Shown here: positions 9,601-17,666 of the stretch, one piece after another
How the letters are laid out: the number at the start of each line of letters is the position of its first letter
Position numbering within the stretch: the first letter of the stretch is position 1
Origin: Anaerotardibacter sp.
Lineage (GTDB): Bacteria; Actinomycetota; Coriobacteriia; Coriobacteriales; Eggerthellaceae
Reading direction: 5' to 3'
DNA length: 34,604 nucleotides
Assembly: GCA_051878815.1 (NCBI GenBank)
Contig: JBJEKV010000231.1
Span: 1-34,604 of the forward strand
Position numbers and translations under genes: made by a program
The notes under the pieces: model-generated
What the model saw: the letters and a program-made list of their open reading frames with translations, nothing else
Told to the model about the DNA's origin: nothing
Database searches by the model: none

Positions 9601-9641
9601 CAAAGAATTCGGGCCGCAATAATCTTAAGTTTGGGTTCTAG
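6624..9641 (+). CDS. Membrane-bound c-di-GMP enzyme: 7TM sensor, degenerate GGDEF, HD-GYP, PAS, GGDEF (GGDEY)
   Basis: About 7 N-terminal TM segments. First cyclase-like domain DLLTG..DINKL..N.QFG..VGD..RLEDAEL. HD-GYP motifs LLHDIGK, HHHEMWDGSGYP, DAM..DRPYR. PAS motifs LLGY, RKDGS. C-terminal DLDFFKEYNDRFGH..GD..RLGGDEY. Confidence 0.9.
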   Translation: MDTLSLYIGLSAIALLVDVVLFVVAIRKKDYKGKALACLLFAAVCVALFYLLSILAPDYLSMSFFSSFYFISVDFVAASLLVFCCIFMDTINKKWNKVFLVLACAYMIFDICLLLINPVMEISVTYAYSETAFTHWRYVPLFPFEVHLALCYCFVGMTLLNYFYKILTTPRVYRARYTIVIAGTIAVVAMNAIFLYLPEKGLPDFSVLFYSVVGVLFYGSTYRMGNRGMLTHTRQMIIEELGHPVVLFDYENLYSTSNKSADILLPREGVDQSYTLRKFLIRNDFDPDYETATLDSSFQWRVVQKGFVLSYRCDFRVLRDKKNNIIGRLFVFTDNALEVDLLTGFNTQASFEKKIWQNARSFSYPVAVGIVDINKLSELNSQFGREVGDSAIHSLVGVLRNHFSGAWAFVRLEDAELMVVCENMTSKHMHELLKEVEKDIAQFDYGTGPLSIQSAVSVVSLTERNVLKAVSDASSSLRDRKLLDPNSAHYSLLNSFVQTQRESDGETEAHVQRTRNMGECLGKRLGLTDKELSSLALLCLLHDIGKVGVPLEILNKPGKLNDIEWEIMKSHAEKGCRIAKASPELSDIADLILHHHEMWDGSGYPDGIKGELIPVPSRIIAIVDTYDAMVHDRPYRRAVSPKAAKEELRRCAGTQFDPYIVQEFLQMLEENPELDVAEKEEIEAAVPAEEIVVTPRSVDDSNTDFDRIDRVVPVHFAKFIIGDEDKIIDIDEGFTDLLGYEAEDLEKYNLSLLDIIPPDDQDSYKKITSERIATQGMAYLEHRVRRKDGSVFYVMCYGRQYFNSVHRCVEAEIVIADISESSILHRAIERQRLSYERSNTVFEEAVRRDKLVGVLNREAFRSDVQDRMLKNDSTVVMVMVDLDFFKEYNDRFGHPQGDALLIQVGKFLNKIVGHRGIVSRLGGDEYAIAFFFDKNANKEDVRKEIQVFYQIANEEMRDIDDNVTLSVGACIAEEGDDSFSSLYRNTDKALYEAKNSGRNNLKFGF

Positions 9642-9651
9642 GGCTTGTTGA

Positions 9652-9790
9652 GCGCGAGGCTAGCCTTGACGTGCAGGGCTTGAGGTTTGGCGGACTGAGA
9701 GATAGCCAAAAGTAGATACTCTCAAAGCTCCCTAAGCATGAGTTTTAGCGAGCCTTGACGTGTATGCGAATGAGGCTTGTCTTGGCGTGC
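9652..9790. repeat. Degenerate repeats in the convergent intergenic region
   Basis: AGCCTTGACGTG at 9662 and 9751, each followed 19-20 bp after its start by TGAGG(T/C)TT. Related GAGGCTTGTCTTGGCGTGC at 9772. Confidence 0.6.
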
Positions 9791-9809
9791 GTGCTGGCTA
9801 TGCTTGCCA

Positions 9810-10253
9810 CTATTTGTGATAAGGCTCTTTGCGTGAAATCTTGAACGCACGATAAATCTGCTCAAGCAACACTACGCGCGCTAAATTATGTGGCAACGTA
9901 ATAGGACCAAAGCTGATGCGCTCGGATGCGCGTTCCTTGATTTCTTTCGTTACGCCGTCACTGCCGCCAATAACAAACACCAAGTGAGATGTGCCGTACA
10001 GGCTGTAGGAATCAATCTTCTCTGAGAGCTGTTCGCTGGAAACTTCTTTACCTTTGATATCTAGGAGCAAAACAGGGTCTTTATCAGGCAAAACTTCAAG
10101 AATGGCAGCTGCTTCTTTTTCCTTGTTGGAATCAGGGAGTTCACAAACTGATACTTTTGCATAAGCCCCTAAGCGTTTGAGGTATTCCTGGCAGGCATCT
10201 TTCCAGAATTTCTCTTTCAATTTTCCAACGGCAACAATCGTATTTTTAAGCAT
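9810..10253 (-). CDS. rlmH: 23S rRNA (pseudouridine1915-N3)-methyltransferase RlmH
   Basis: IVAVGKLKEK, FVIGGSDG, SFGPITLPHNLARVVLLEQIYRAFKI, EPYHK. Start moved to ATG 10253 behind AAGGA (ORF track starts at 10286). Confidence 0.95.
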   Translation of the reverse strand: MLKNTIVAVGKLKEKFWKDACQEYLKRLGAYAKVSVCELPDSNKEKEAAAILEVLPDKDPVLLLDIKGKEVSSEQLSEKIDSYSLYGTSHLVFVIGGSDGVTKEIKERASERISFGPITLPHNLARVVLLEQIYRAFKISRKEPYHK

Positions 10254-10388
10254 GAGCATCCTTGTACTTGAGGGCTTTACGGCCAACCTTTGAAGGCGTA
10301 TTTATTTTATGAGAGAAAAAATTACAAATCTTCGGACAAAACCTGACATTCGTATAATAAAATACAACGGTCGGGGGATGAATAAATT

Positions 10389-12476
10389 ATGCGGAAGTTC
10401 ATCGATACGGTATTCAAGGGCGTTTTAACGCACAGAAAAGGCATACTGGTAGGGGCACTAATTCTTCTTGTTATGTGTGCCCTCTGTATCCCACAAGTTA
10501 AGATCAACTATCAATTTTCAGACTATTTGCCGGAATCATCGGCCTCTACGCGCTCGCTTGATGTCATGGAGAGCGCATTCGATTCCCAAGCTCCTGGTGC
10601 GCGCATGAGCGTAGAGGGAATTACTCTTTCGCAAGCTTCTCAATTAGCAAAAGATCTAGAAACCATCGATGGCGTCTCAAGCGTTATGTGGTTAGGCAGC
10701 GTGTGTGACGTTGCGATTCCTCTTGAAATGGAGGACTCAATAGTCATTGAGCCGTGGTATAACGACGGCGCCTTCCAGTATCGCCTTGCTATTGATTATC
10801 CAAAAGCAGTTGAGGCGGTAGCGGCAGTTCGTGATATGGCCGAACAAGCAGGTGGCGAAAACGTTTCTATGGCCGGTGAGACGGTTAATACTGCCCTGGC
10901 GCGTTCCTCATCAGGTGCTGAAATCCAAATCATCATGGTGTTCGCTATTGTGGTGATTTTGTTCCTCTTGCTGGTTACCACTTCGTCGTGGTTTGAGCCG
11001 GTGCTCTTTTTGGCTGTTATTGGCATGTCTATTGTGTACAACCTGGGCACTAATATTATTTTTGGAGAAATTTCCTTCATCACGCAGATGTGTGCCGCTA
11101 TTTTGCAGCTGGCAGTTTCTATGGATTACGGCATTGTTATGCTCCATGCTTTCCGTGATTTCCGCGCTGAGGGCTGCTCGAGCTTTGATGCAGCTTACAA
11201 GAGTATGTATAAAGCGGCAGCGGTTATTGCTTCTAGTGCGGCAACTACGTTCTTCGGATTCTTGTCACTGTGTGTAATGGCATTTCTTATTGGTGCCGAT
11301 ATGGGCCTTGTTTTGGCAAAGGGCATTCTCTTCAGCTTCTTATCAGTGCTATTTATTTTGCCGGCCCTCATTCTTACCTTCGAAAAGCTTCTCAATAAAA
11401 CAGCGCATAGACCATTATTGCCACCTTTCAACAAGTTTGCGAAAGCATGCATGCGCTTGTCTGTTCCTTTTACGCTCATGATTGCGCTTATAGTTGTCCC
11501 TTGCTATTTGGGACAAAGGCAAGTTTCTTATGTGTATGGTGCTTCAGGATTTGTAACGCCAGGTACTCAGGCGTATGAGGAAACACAGCATCTTGAGGAG
11601 AAATTTGGTGCTGCTGAACAGTGGATTTTGCTTGTTCCAGAAGGTCAGAAGGGTGTTGAGAAGGAATTAGCGCAAGAGCTGGAAAGCCAGGAAAACATTT
11701 CTTCGGTGGCTTCTTTTGTGACCTCGGTTTCGCCAACTATTCCTACGGAAATGGTGCCTGATAAGAGCTTATCAAGTTTGGTTTCGGGAGGGTATTCGCG
11801 CTTTGTAATTTCTACTGAAGTTGAGGGCGAAACAGAAGAGACGTTTGCCTTAATCCAAACAGTGCGCGACATAGCTGAAGAGTATTATCCTGGCCAGAAC
11901 TATCTGGTTGGGTCAGCGGTAACGTCGTACGATATGTCCTTGATAGTCAGCGAAGACAGTCTGAGAGTATTTGTTGCTTCAGTTGTGGCTATTGGTTTGG
12001 TTTTGCTGATTATGTTTAAGAGCATCAGCATTCCGTTGATTTTGCTGCTTGCTATTGAAAGCTCGATTTGGATTAATCTGGCAATCCCGTATTTCGCGGG
12101 AGACTCCATCCAATACATTGGCTACTTGATTATTAGTGCCATTATGCTTGGCGCAACAATTGATTACACCATTATTTTGACTCGTTCGTACTTGGAAAAA
12201 CGCCGAAGTGCTCCAAAGAAAGAAGCTATGAGGGAAGCTATTTCGGCTACGGCTTTAACCATTTTGACGTCGGCAACCATCCTTACGGTATGCGGCTTCA
12301 TTATTGGTTGCGTCTCAACGAACGGAGTAATTTCAAGCTTAGGAACACTTATTGGTAGAGGTGGTCTGATTGCTACGCTCAATACCTTCTTGCTGTTGCC
12401 TATGCTGTTTATACTTTTCGACAAGATTATTGAGAAAACCACGCTAAAAGCTCATTTTTACCGAGAAAAGATGTGA
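10389..12476 (+). CDS. MMPL/RND-superfamily membrane transporter
   Basis: Two repeats of (1 TM, extracytoplasmic loop, 5 TM) with paired motifs LAVSMDYGI and LGATIDYTI. TATAAT at 10353-10358 upstream. Confidence 0.88.
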   Translation: MRKFIDTVFKGVLTHRKGILVGALILLVMCALCIPQVKINYQFSDYLPESSASTRSLDVMESAFDSQAPGARMSVEGITLSQASQLAKDLETIDGVSSVMWLGSVCDVAIPLEMEDSIVIEPWYNDGAFQYRLAIDYPKAVEAVAAVRDMAEQAGGENVSMAGETVNTALARSSSGAEIQIIMVFAIVVILFLLLVTTSSWFEPVLFLAVIGMSIVYNLGTNIIFGEISFITQMCAAILQLAVSMDYGIVMLHAFRDFRAEGCSSFDAAYKSMYKAAAVIASSAATTFFGFLSLCVMAFLIGADMGLVLAKGILFSFLSVLFILPALILTFEKLLNKTAHRPLLPPFNKFAKACMRLSVPFTLMIALIVVPCYLGQRQVSYVYGASGFVTPGTQAYEETQHLEEKFGAAEQWILLVPEGQKGVEKELAQELESQENISSVASFVTSVSPTIPTEMVPDKSLSSLVSGGYSRFVISTEVEGETEETFALIQTVRDIAEEYYPGQNYLVGSAVTSYDMSLIVSEDSLRVFVASVVAIGLVLLIMFKSISIPLILLLAIESSIWINLAIPYFAGDSIQYIGYLIISAIMLGATIDYTIILTRSYLEKRRSAPKKEAMREAISATALTILTSATILTVCGFIIGCVSTNGVISSLGTLIGRGGLIATLNTFLLLPMLFILFDKIIEKTTLKAHFYREKM

Positions 12477-14314
12477 TGAACGTCATGAATAATTCTTACG
12501 GAAATAGGAAACAACGTGCGCCGCAGCATGCAAAACAAGGCGCTCTAAATCCAAAGCAAAAGCTTGCGCGCACAGCAGTAGGATCTGTTTTAGCGGTTTC
12601 TTTAGTGGTGCCTCTTGCGGGAATTTCTCAAATTGCCAATGCTGATCCGCAGGTGATTACGCAAGGCGTTTCAACAATTGTTGACGGAAGTGAGCAGAAG
12701 AAGGAAATTGTCTACGGCAAGCTGGGCTCTACAGGAAGTGTTGAAGGTCTGTACGTAGTTAATATGTTTGAGCAGTTGAATGTTCAGGGCGAAAATGGGG
12801 TTGCAAATTCGCAAGCTTCAGGTGCTCAGTCCGGTGACGCACAGTCCGGCGATGTGCAAACATCAGATTCTTCTGCCAACTCAGAGATGCTCGTGCGTGA
12901 CTATGGCGCGTATTCTTCAGTAGTAAATTTGTCAGACAATCAAGAGCTAGCGTTGTCGGGCGATAGCGTCTGCTTTACTTCGCAAGATCAATCATTCTCC
13001 TATCAGGGTAACCTCACCACTACCGATCTTCCTTGGTTGGTAGACGTTCAATACTATCTAGACGGGACGGCTATTGCTCCTGAGGATTTGGCAGGAAAGT
13101 CAGGCTTGCTCACTATAAAGCTCTCCATTTCGCAAAACACTGCCGTCGATTCCTCATACTTCGATAACTACTTGGTCCAGGCAAGCGTAACTTTGCCACA
13201 GGATAAGGCTACTCAGGTTGCAACCGAAGATGGCTCTATTGCCGTATCGGGTTCGAACACCCAGGTAACCTTCATGTCTTTGCCGGGCAAGGAAAGCACC
13301 TCAACGCTCACGGCCCAGGTAACTGATTTTGAAATGGATGGCATTAGTGTTGCTGCCGTGCCATTTTCGATGGATATCTCGTTTTCTGCAGACGGCTTAA
13401 CCTCAGGTTTTGACGAATTAGTTGAGGGCACTAAAGAACTCAATGAAGGAGCCCAGGCTATCAAGCAGGGTTCAAGTGCTCTTGAAGTGGGAGCAGCTCA
13501 GCTTGCAGCAGGTTCTTCACAGCTTGATTCGCAAGGCCAAGCACTTTTACAGGGAGTTGGGAGCTACCTTTCGTCTGCTCGACAAATTAGCGAAGGAGTA
13601 GCTGCACTCTCAAGTCAGTCTCAGGCTTTAGTAAGTGGAGCCGAAAAAACGCAATACGCATTAAATATGTTTGTTGATTCCTTAACGCAAGAACAACTGA
13701 ATGCAATGAGTGCGGAACAAAAGCAACTGCTTTATGGCGCCCAGGCGGGATTAAATGGCTCGTCTGCGGGAGGTTTCACAGGCAACACTTCGGGCGGTTC
13801 TGAAGGTGCTTCAGGTAGCGCTTCTTCCGGAAGTGCAGGATTAGTAAACGGTATCAAGGCATACACCAATGCGGTAACCGGCAGCGGATCGGCAACAAAC
13901 CCAAGCATTGCTCAAAGCTTAGCGGCGCTCACCAGTAACAACAGCACCCTTTCTGCTTCTCTGGACTCTTACCAGCAAGGAGTAAGTTCCTTGACTAAGG
14001 GCTTGCAAGAGCTGTCTGGCTCTGCCAAAACCTTCCAGTCGGGAACAGAGGGATTAGCTGAGGGAACAGAAGAGCTTTTTGTTGCTACTCAGGGTATTCC
14101 CGATAAGGTACAGCGCGAGATCGACAGTGCCCTTGCTGCATTCGATACCAGCTCATTTGAGCCTCATAGTTTTGTGAGTGATAAGAACACAGACGTCTCT
14201 TTGGTTCAGTTCGTTATGACCACCGAAGGCATTTCTCTTCCAGAGGAAAAAGTTGAAGAGGTAGAAGAGCCAGAGCCAAGCATTTTCGACAGACTTCTTG
14301 CGCTCTTTGCCTAA
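12473..14314 (+). CDS. Secreted or membrane-anchored protein with X-X-X-Leu-X-X-Gly heptad repeats (YhgE/Pip-like repeats), MMPL-associated
   Basis: Overlaps the MMPL stop codon. Basic N-region plus hydrophobic signal segment ending IANA. Motif YYLDG..IAPEDLAGKSG. Heptads ELVEGTKELNEGAQAIKQGSSALEVGAAQLAAG. Confidence 0.75.
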   Translation: MMNVMNNSYGNRKQRAPQHAKQGALNPKQKLARTAVGSVLAVSLVVPLAGISQIANADPQVITQGVSTIVDGSEQKKEIVYGKLGSTGSVEGLYVVNMFEQLNVQGENGVANSQASGAQSGDAQSGDVQTSDSSANSEMLVRDYGAYSSVVNLSDNQELALSGDSVCFTSQDQSFSYQGNLTTTDLPWLVDVQYYLDGTAIAPEDLAGKSGLLTIKLSISQNTAVDSSYFDNYLVQASVTLPQDKATQVATEDGSIAVSGSNTQVTFMSLPGKESTSTLTAQVTDFEMDGISVAAVPFSMDISFSADGLTSGFDELVEGTKELNEGAQAIKQGSSALEVGAAQLAAGSSQLDSQGQALLQGVGSYLSSARQISEGVAALSSQSQALVSGAEKTQYALNMFVDSLTQEQLNAMSAEQKQLLYGAQAGLNGSSAGGFTGNTSGGSEGASGSASSGSAGLVNGIKAYTNAVTGSGSATNPSIAQSLAALTSNNSTLSASLDSYQQGVSSLTKGLQELSGSAKTFQSGTEGLAEGTEELFVATQGIPDKVQREIDSALAAFDTSSFEPHSFVSDKNTDVSLVQFVMTTEGISLPEEKVEEVEEPEPSIFDRLLALFA

Positions 14315-14574
14315 GGTTACCTTGTATCCCAAAGGTATAATCGAAACCAGAATTTAACGTATATCAGGAAGTACTTCTTTTTAGAGGGCGTTATTATGTA
14401 CTTTACGGTATTTTGCGACCATTTGAGTGAAACCAATTCGCTTTTTACGAGTGCTTCTTTGTAGAATAGTGCTCAGAAAGTCGTTTCGCGAAAAGCTTGT
14501 TTTATGCCCGAAACAAGTTTGATAGTCACGTCCGTAAATAGGTTTTAGAAGAAAAAAGAAAAAAGGAGAACAGA

Positions 14575-15933
14575 ATGTCGCTTCCTGCACCAAATCCTGA
14601 TGCACGCGCTGACTTTCGCTCCACTATGGATTTAGGTCTTTGCTTACCTAAGACAACCACAGTGGAAAACGGTCACTTAGTTATTGGTGGCGTTGATATG
14701 GTATCCCTCGCAAAAGAGCAGGGAACTGCATTGTACGTCTATGATCAGGCTGATCTTGAAGATCGTATGGATAGCTATGTGGACTCCTTTAAGAAACATT
14801 ATGGAAACGCAGCAGTTTGCTATGCTTCAAAGGCTTTCTTGAACAAGGCAATGGCTTGTTTGGCAAAAGAACACGACATGCACTTGGATGTTTCCGGTGG
14901 TGGCGAATTGGCAATTGCTCAGGCAGTTGACTTCCCAATGGAGAAGGTTGTTGTTCACGGCAACAACAAGACCCCTCTTGAGCTTGAAGAAGCTATTTCT
15001 GCAGGCGCTGGCCGCATTGTTGTTGATAGCCACGAAGAGCTCAACCGCATCTCCGAGATTGCAGGCAAGCTTGGCGTAACCCAGAACATTTTCTTGCGCA
15101 TCACTCCAGGCGTTGAGGCAGATACGCTTGACTACATTCGTACTGGCGCTGAGGACTCTAAGTTCGGCTTCACTATTCGCGATGATTATGCATTCAAGTG
15201 CATTAAGGATGCGCTTGATGCACCAAACGTAAACCTTGCTGGTTTGCATATGCATATTGGTTCCCAGATTTTCGCCCTCAATTCTTATCCAGAGGCAATC
15301 GACGTTATTATCGAATTGGCTGCACGTGTTAAGAATGAGTACGGCTGGGAGTTCGAAGATATTGACGTTGGCGGTGGCTTGGGTATTGCCTATACCGTAG
15401 CAGACCAGCCTTCTACTATTGATCAGTTCGCTGAAGTGCTTGCAACTGCTATGAAAGAGAGCTGTGCAAAGCACGGAATTACCGAACCTCGCCTTCTTAC
15501 TGAACCTGGCAGAAGTATCGTAGCGGTTCCTGGTGTAACCCTCTATACTGTAGGTTCTATAAAGGAAATTACGGGTATTAGAAAGTATGTTGCTATTGAC
15601 GGTGGCATGTCCGATAATATTCGTCCTGCTTTGTATGGCGCTTCCTACGAATCCGTAGTAGCAAACAAGGCTGATGCTCCTCGTGATGACGTGGTTACCT
15701 TGGTAGGTAAGCATTGCGAAAGTGGCGACGCAGTTGCTTTTGATGCTTCCCTCCAGACTCCAGAAGTTGGAGACATTGTTTGCATGTTCAGCACAGGTGC
15801 TTATTGCCATTCAATGTCCAGCAACTACAATGGACAGCCACGAGCAGGTATTGTTTTTGTAAAAGATGGCGTTGCTAAGCTTGTTAGCCGCCGTGAAACA
15901 TACGCAGACCTCATGGCCTGCGACATTGAATAA
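14575..15933 (+). CDS. lysA: Diaminopimelate decarboxylase
   Basis: YASKAF (PLP lysine), HGNNK, SKFG, HMHIGSQI, GGGLGI, EPGRSIV, HCESGD, GAY..SMSSNYN. AAGGAG RBS. Confidence 0.96.
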   Translation: MSLPAPNPDARADFRSTMDLGLCLPKTTTVENGHLVIGGVDMVSLAKEQGTALYVYDQADLEDRMDSYVDSFKKHYGNAAVCYASKAFLNKAMACLAKEHDMHLDVSGGGELAIAQAVDFPMEKVVVHGNNKTPLELEEAISAGAGRIVVDSHEELNRISEIAGKLGVTQNIFLRITPGVEADTLDYIRTGAEDSKFGFTIRDDYAFKCIKDALDAPNVNLAGLHMHIGSQIFALNSYPEAIDVIIELAARVKNEYGWEFEDIDVGGGLGIAYTVADQPSTIDQFAEVLATAMKESCAKHGITEPRLLTEPGRSIVAVPGVTLYTVGSIKEITGIRKYVAIDGGMSDNIRPALYGASYESVVANKADAPRDDVVTLVGKHCESGDAVAFDASLQTPEVGDIVCMFSTGAYCHSMSSNYNGQPRAGIVFVKDGVAKLVSRRETYADLMACDIE

Positions 15934-15957
15934 GAACGCAAAAAGGAGTTTTTAGTT

Positions 15958-17247
15958 ATGGCAATCAAGATTGGTTTGGTGGGAACTGGTACGGTTGGTG
16001 CTGGTTGCCTCGACATTCTCGCTGCACACAAAGAGGATTTTAAACGTCATTATGGCGTAGACATTGAGGTAGCAGGCGTTTGCTCTTTGGAACCAGAGGT
16101 AGCAAACGAATACGGCTACGCTGATGTTTTCACCCCAGACTTTAATGACATTATTACCAATCCTGAGATTGACATTGTTATTGAGCTTATTGGTGGCACT
16201 ACTTTCGCTAAGACTGTTATCGAAGGTGCTGTTGCTAACGGCAAGCATGTAGTAACTGCAAACAAGGCTTTAGTTGCAACAAAAGAAGGCGCTGACTTGA
16301 TTAACGAAGCAAGCGCAAAGGGCCTCGAATTCCTCTTTGAGGCATCTGTTGGTGGTGGTATCCCTATCATCAACCCATTGAAGCACTGTCTTACTGCAAA
16401 CGAGATTTCTTCCATTTTGGGTATTGTTAACGGTACTACCAACTACATGCTTACCCGCATGGACGAAGAAGGTTTGAGCTACGATGAGGCTTTGGCTCAG
16501 GCACAGGCTCTTGGTTTTGCTGAAGCTAACCCAACTGCTGACGTTGACGGCTTCGACGCTGCGGCAAAGATTGCCATCCTTGCTTCCATTGCGTTCAACT
16601 CTAACGTAACTATTGAGCAGGTTTACACTGAGGGTATTCGCCGCATTTCTCCTGTTGATATGCAGCAGGCTCGTGAAATGGGATATGAGGTTAAGTTGGT
16701 TGCTCATGCTTCCAACACTGAAGATGGCGTAAGCGTTCGCGTTCATCCAACCATGATTCCAGCTAGCCATCAGCTTTCCACCGTACGTGGCGTATTCAAT
16801 GCAATTTATGTTGTTGGTGACGCTGTTGGTGAGGCTATGTTCTTTGGCGAAGGTGCAGGTTCTGGTCCTGCAGCAAGTTCTGTAATGGGCGACGTTCTTG
16901 AGATTGCTCGTCACATCACCTTTGGCATTAAGCCTTTGAAGAACACCGCTGACAAGGACGAGCTCAAGCTTGTTGCTATGGAAGACCTCAAGACTAAGTA
17001 CTACTTGCGTTTTGTTGTTGAGGATCGTTCCGGCGTTTTGGCTGAGGTTACCTCTGTATTCGCTAAATATGGCATTTCCATCAAGTCTATTGTTCAGCAT
17101 GGCAAGACCGATCGTTCCGAAGTTGACTTGGTTGTTGTTACCCATACTGCACTTGAGGCAAATATGCGTAAGGCAATCGAAGAGATTTTGGCTCTTGATA
17201 ACGTAGTTACCGGAGGATATCCTTCCGTAATCCGTGTAGAGGAGTAA
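15958..17247 (+). CDS. hom: Homoserine dehydrogenase with C-terminal ACT domain
   Basis: G.GTVG, VVTANK, FEASVGGGIPII, GIVNGTTNY, GFAEANPTADVDGFDAAAK. ACT domain YYLRFVVEDRSGVLA. Confidence 0.96.
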   Translation: MAIKIGLVGTGTVGAGCLDILAAHKEDFKRHYGVDIEVAGVCSLEPEVANEYGYADVFTPDFNDIITNPEIDIVIELIGGTTFAKTVIEGAVANGKHVVTANKALVATKEGADLINEASAKGLEFLFEASVGGGIPIINPLKHCLTANEISSILGIVNGTTNYMLTRMDEEGLSYDEALAQAQALGFAEANPTADVDGFDAAAKIAILASIAFNSNVTIEQVYTEGIRRISPVDMQQAREMGYEVKLVAHASNTEDGVSVRVHPTMIPASHQLSTVRGVFNAIYVVGDAVGEAMFFGEGAGSGPAASSVMGDVLEIARHITFGIKPLKNTADKDELKLVAMEDLKTKYYLRFVVEDRSGVLAEVTSVFAKYGISIKSIVQHGKTDRSEVDLVVVTHTALEANMRKAIEEILALDNVVTGGYPSVIRVEE

Positions 17248-17271
17248 TGGAATTACTAGGGGAGATAGTTT

Positions 17272-17448
17272 ATGAAAGCTTTAGCGCCACTTTTTGTAAT
17301 ACTTGCTATTGCAGCGCTTGTGTTGGTAGTTGTATTAATTAAGCGTTTACCACGAACGAAGAAGAATCTCTTTTTGATTCTGGGAGCTTTCCTGGTTCTC
17401 TTCCTTGTACTTGCGTTTGCAGTAACCGCTATTTGCACGCCAGTGTAA
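17272..17448 (+). CDS. 58-aa two-TM small membrane protein (below the ORF-track cutoff)
   Basis: AGGGGAG RBS before ATG 17272. Translation MKALAPLFVILAIAALVLVVVLIKRLPRTKKNLFLILGAFLVLFLVLAFAVTAICTPV. Lies between hom and its terminator. Confidence 0.75.
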   Translation: MKALAPLFVILAIAALVLVVVLIKRLPRTKKNLFLILGAFLVLFLVLAFAVTAICTPV

Positions 17449-17466
17449 GAGTGAAAATATGAATCC

Positions 17467-17497
17467 AACAGGGCACTTCGGTGTCCTGTTTTTATTT
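17467..17497 (+). terminator. Rho-independent terminator of the lysA-hom-small ORF operon
   Basis: AACAGGGCAC-TTCG-GTGTCCTGTT followed by TTTATTT; C(UUCG)G tetraloop. Confidence 0.9.
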
Positions 17498-17530
17498 AGG
17501 GTGCGCCGCGATTTAGGGTGCGCCGCGATT
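17494..17530. repeat. Perfect 17-bp tandem duplication
   Basis: ATTTAGGGTGCGCCGCG at 17494-17510 and 17511-17527, followed by ATT. Confidence 0.9.
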
Positions 17531-17666
17531 GGCGCAGTTTAGTGTGCTGGGCCAAAGAAATTTAAGCGCTGCGGCACAGTTCTTGCGCAAACGTCTTGCA
17601 GCAGTAGAGCTGAGCGCACTTCAACAAGAATTGGCGCGCGTGGGTGCGCTGAGATAAGGGAGAGCG

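Noticed and set aside
9810-9827. rlmH 3' end (GAGCCTTATCACAAATAG) as an SCCmec-like integration site
   Set aside because: No second copy was spotted and there is no recombinase or other mobility gene in the window. The similarity reflects the conserved EPYHK coding sequence.
14315-14574. Lysine riboswitch or leader peptide upstream of lysA
   Set aside because: No AGAGGUGC..AGUA..GAAAGG..GCCGAA arrangement. Only a hairpin at 14493-14520 and a 14-codon ORF with no Lys codons. An Rfam scan would settle it.
14827-17145. Long antisense ORFs (327 aa and 291 aa) opposite lysA and hom
   Set aside because: Shadow ORFs expected from strong codon bias; no motifs or RBS.
17256-17468. 70-aa minus-strand ORF in the track
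   Set aside because: Antisense to the better-supported 58-aa membrane ORF, which has an RBS and a downstream terminator.
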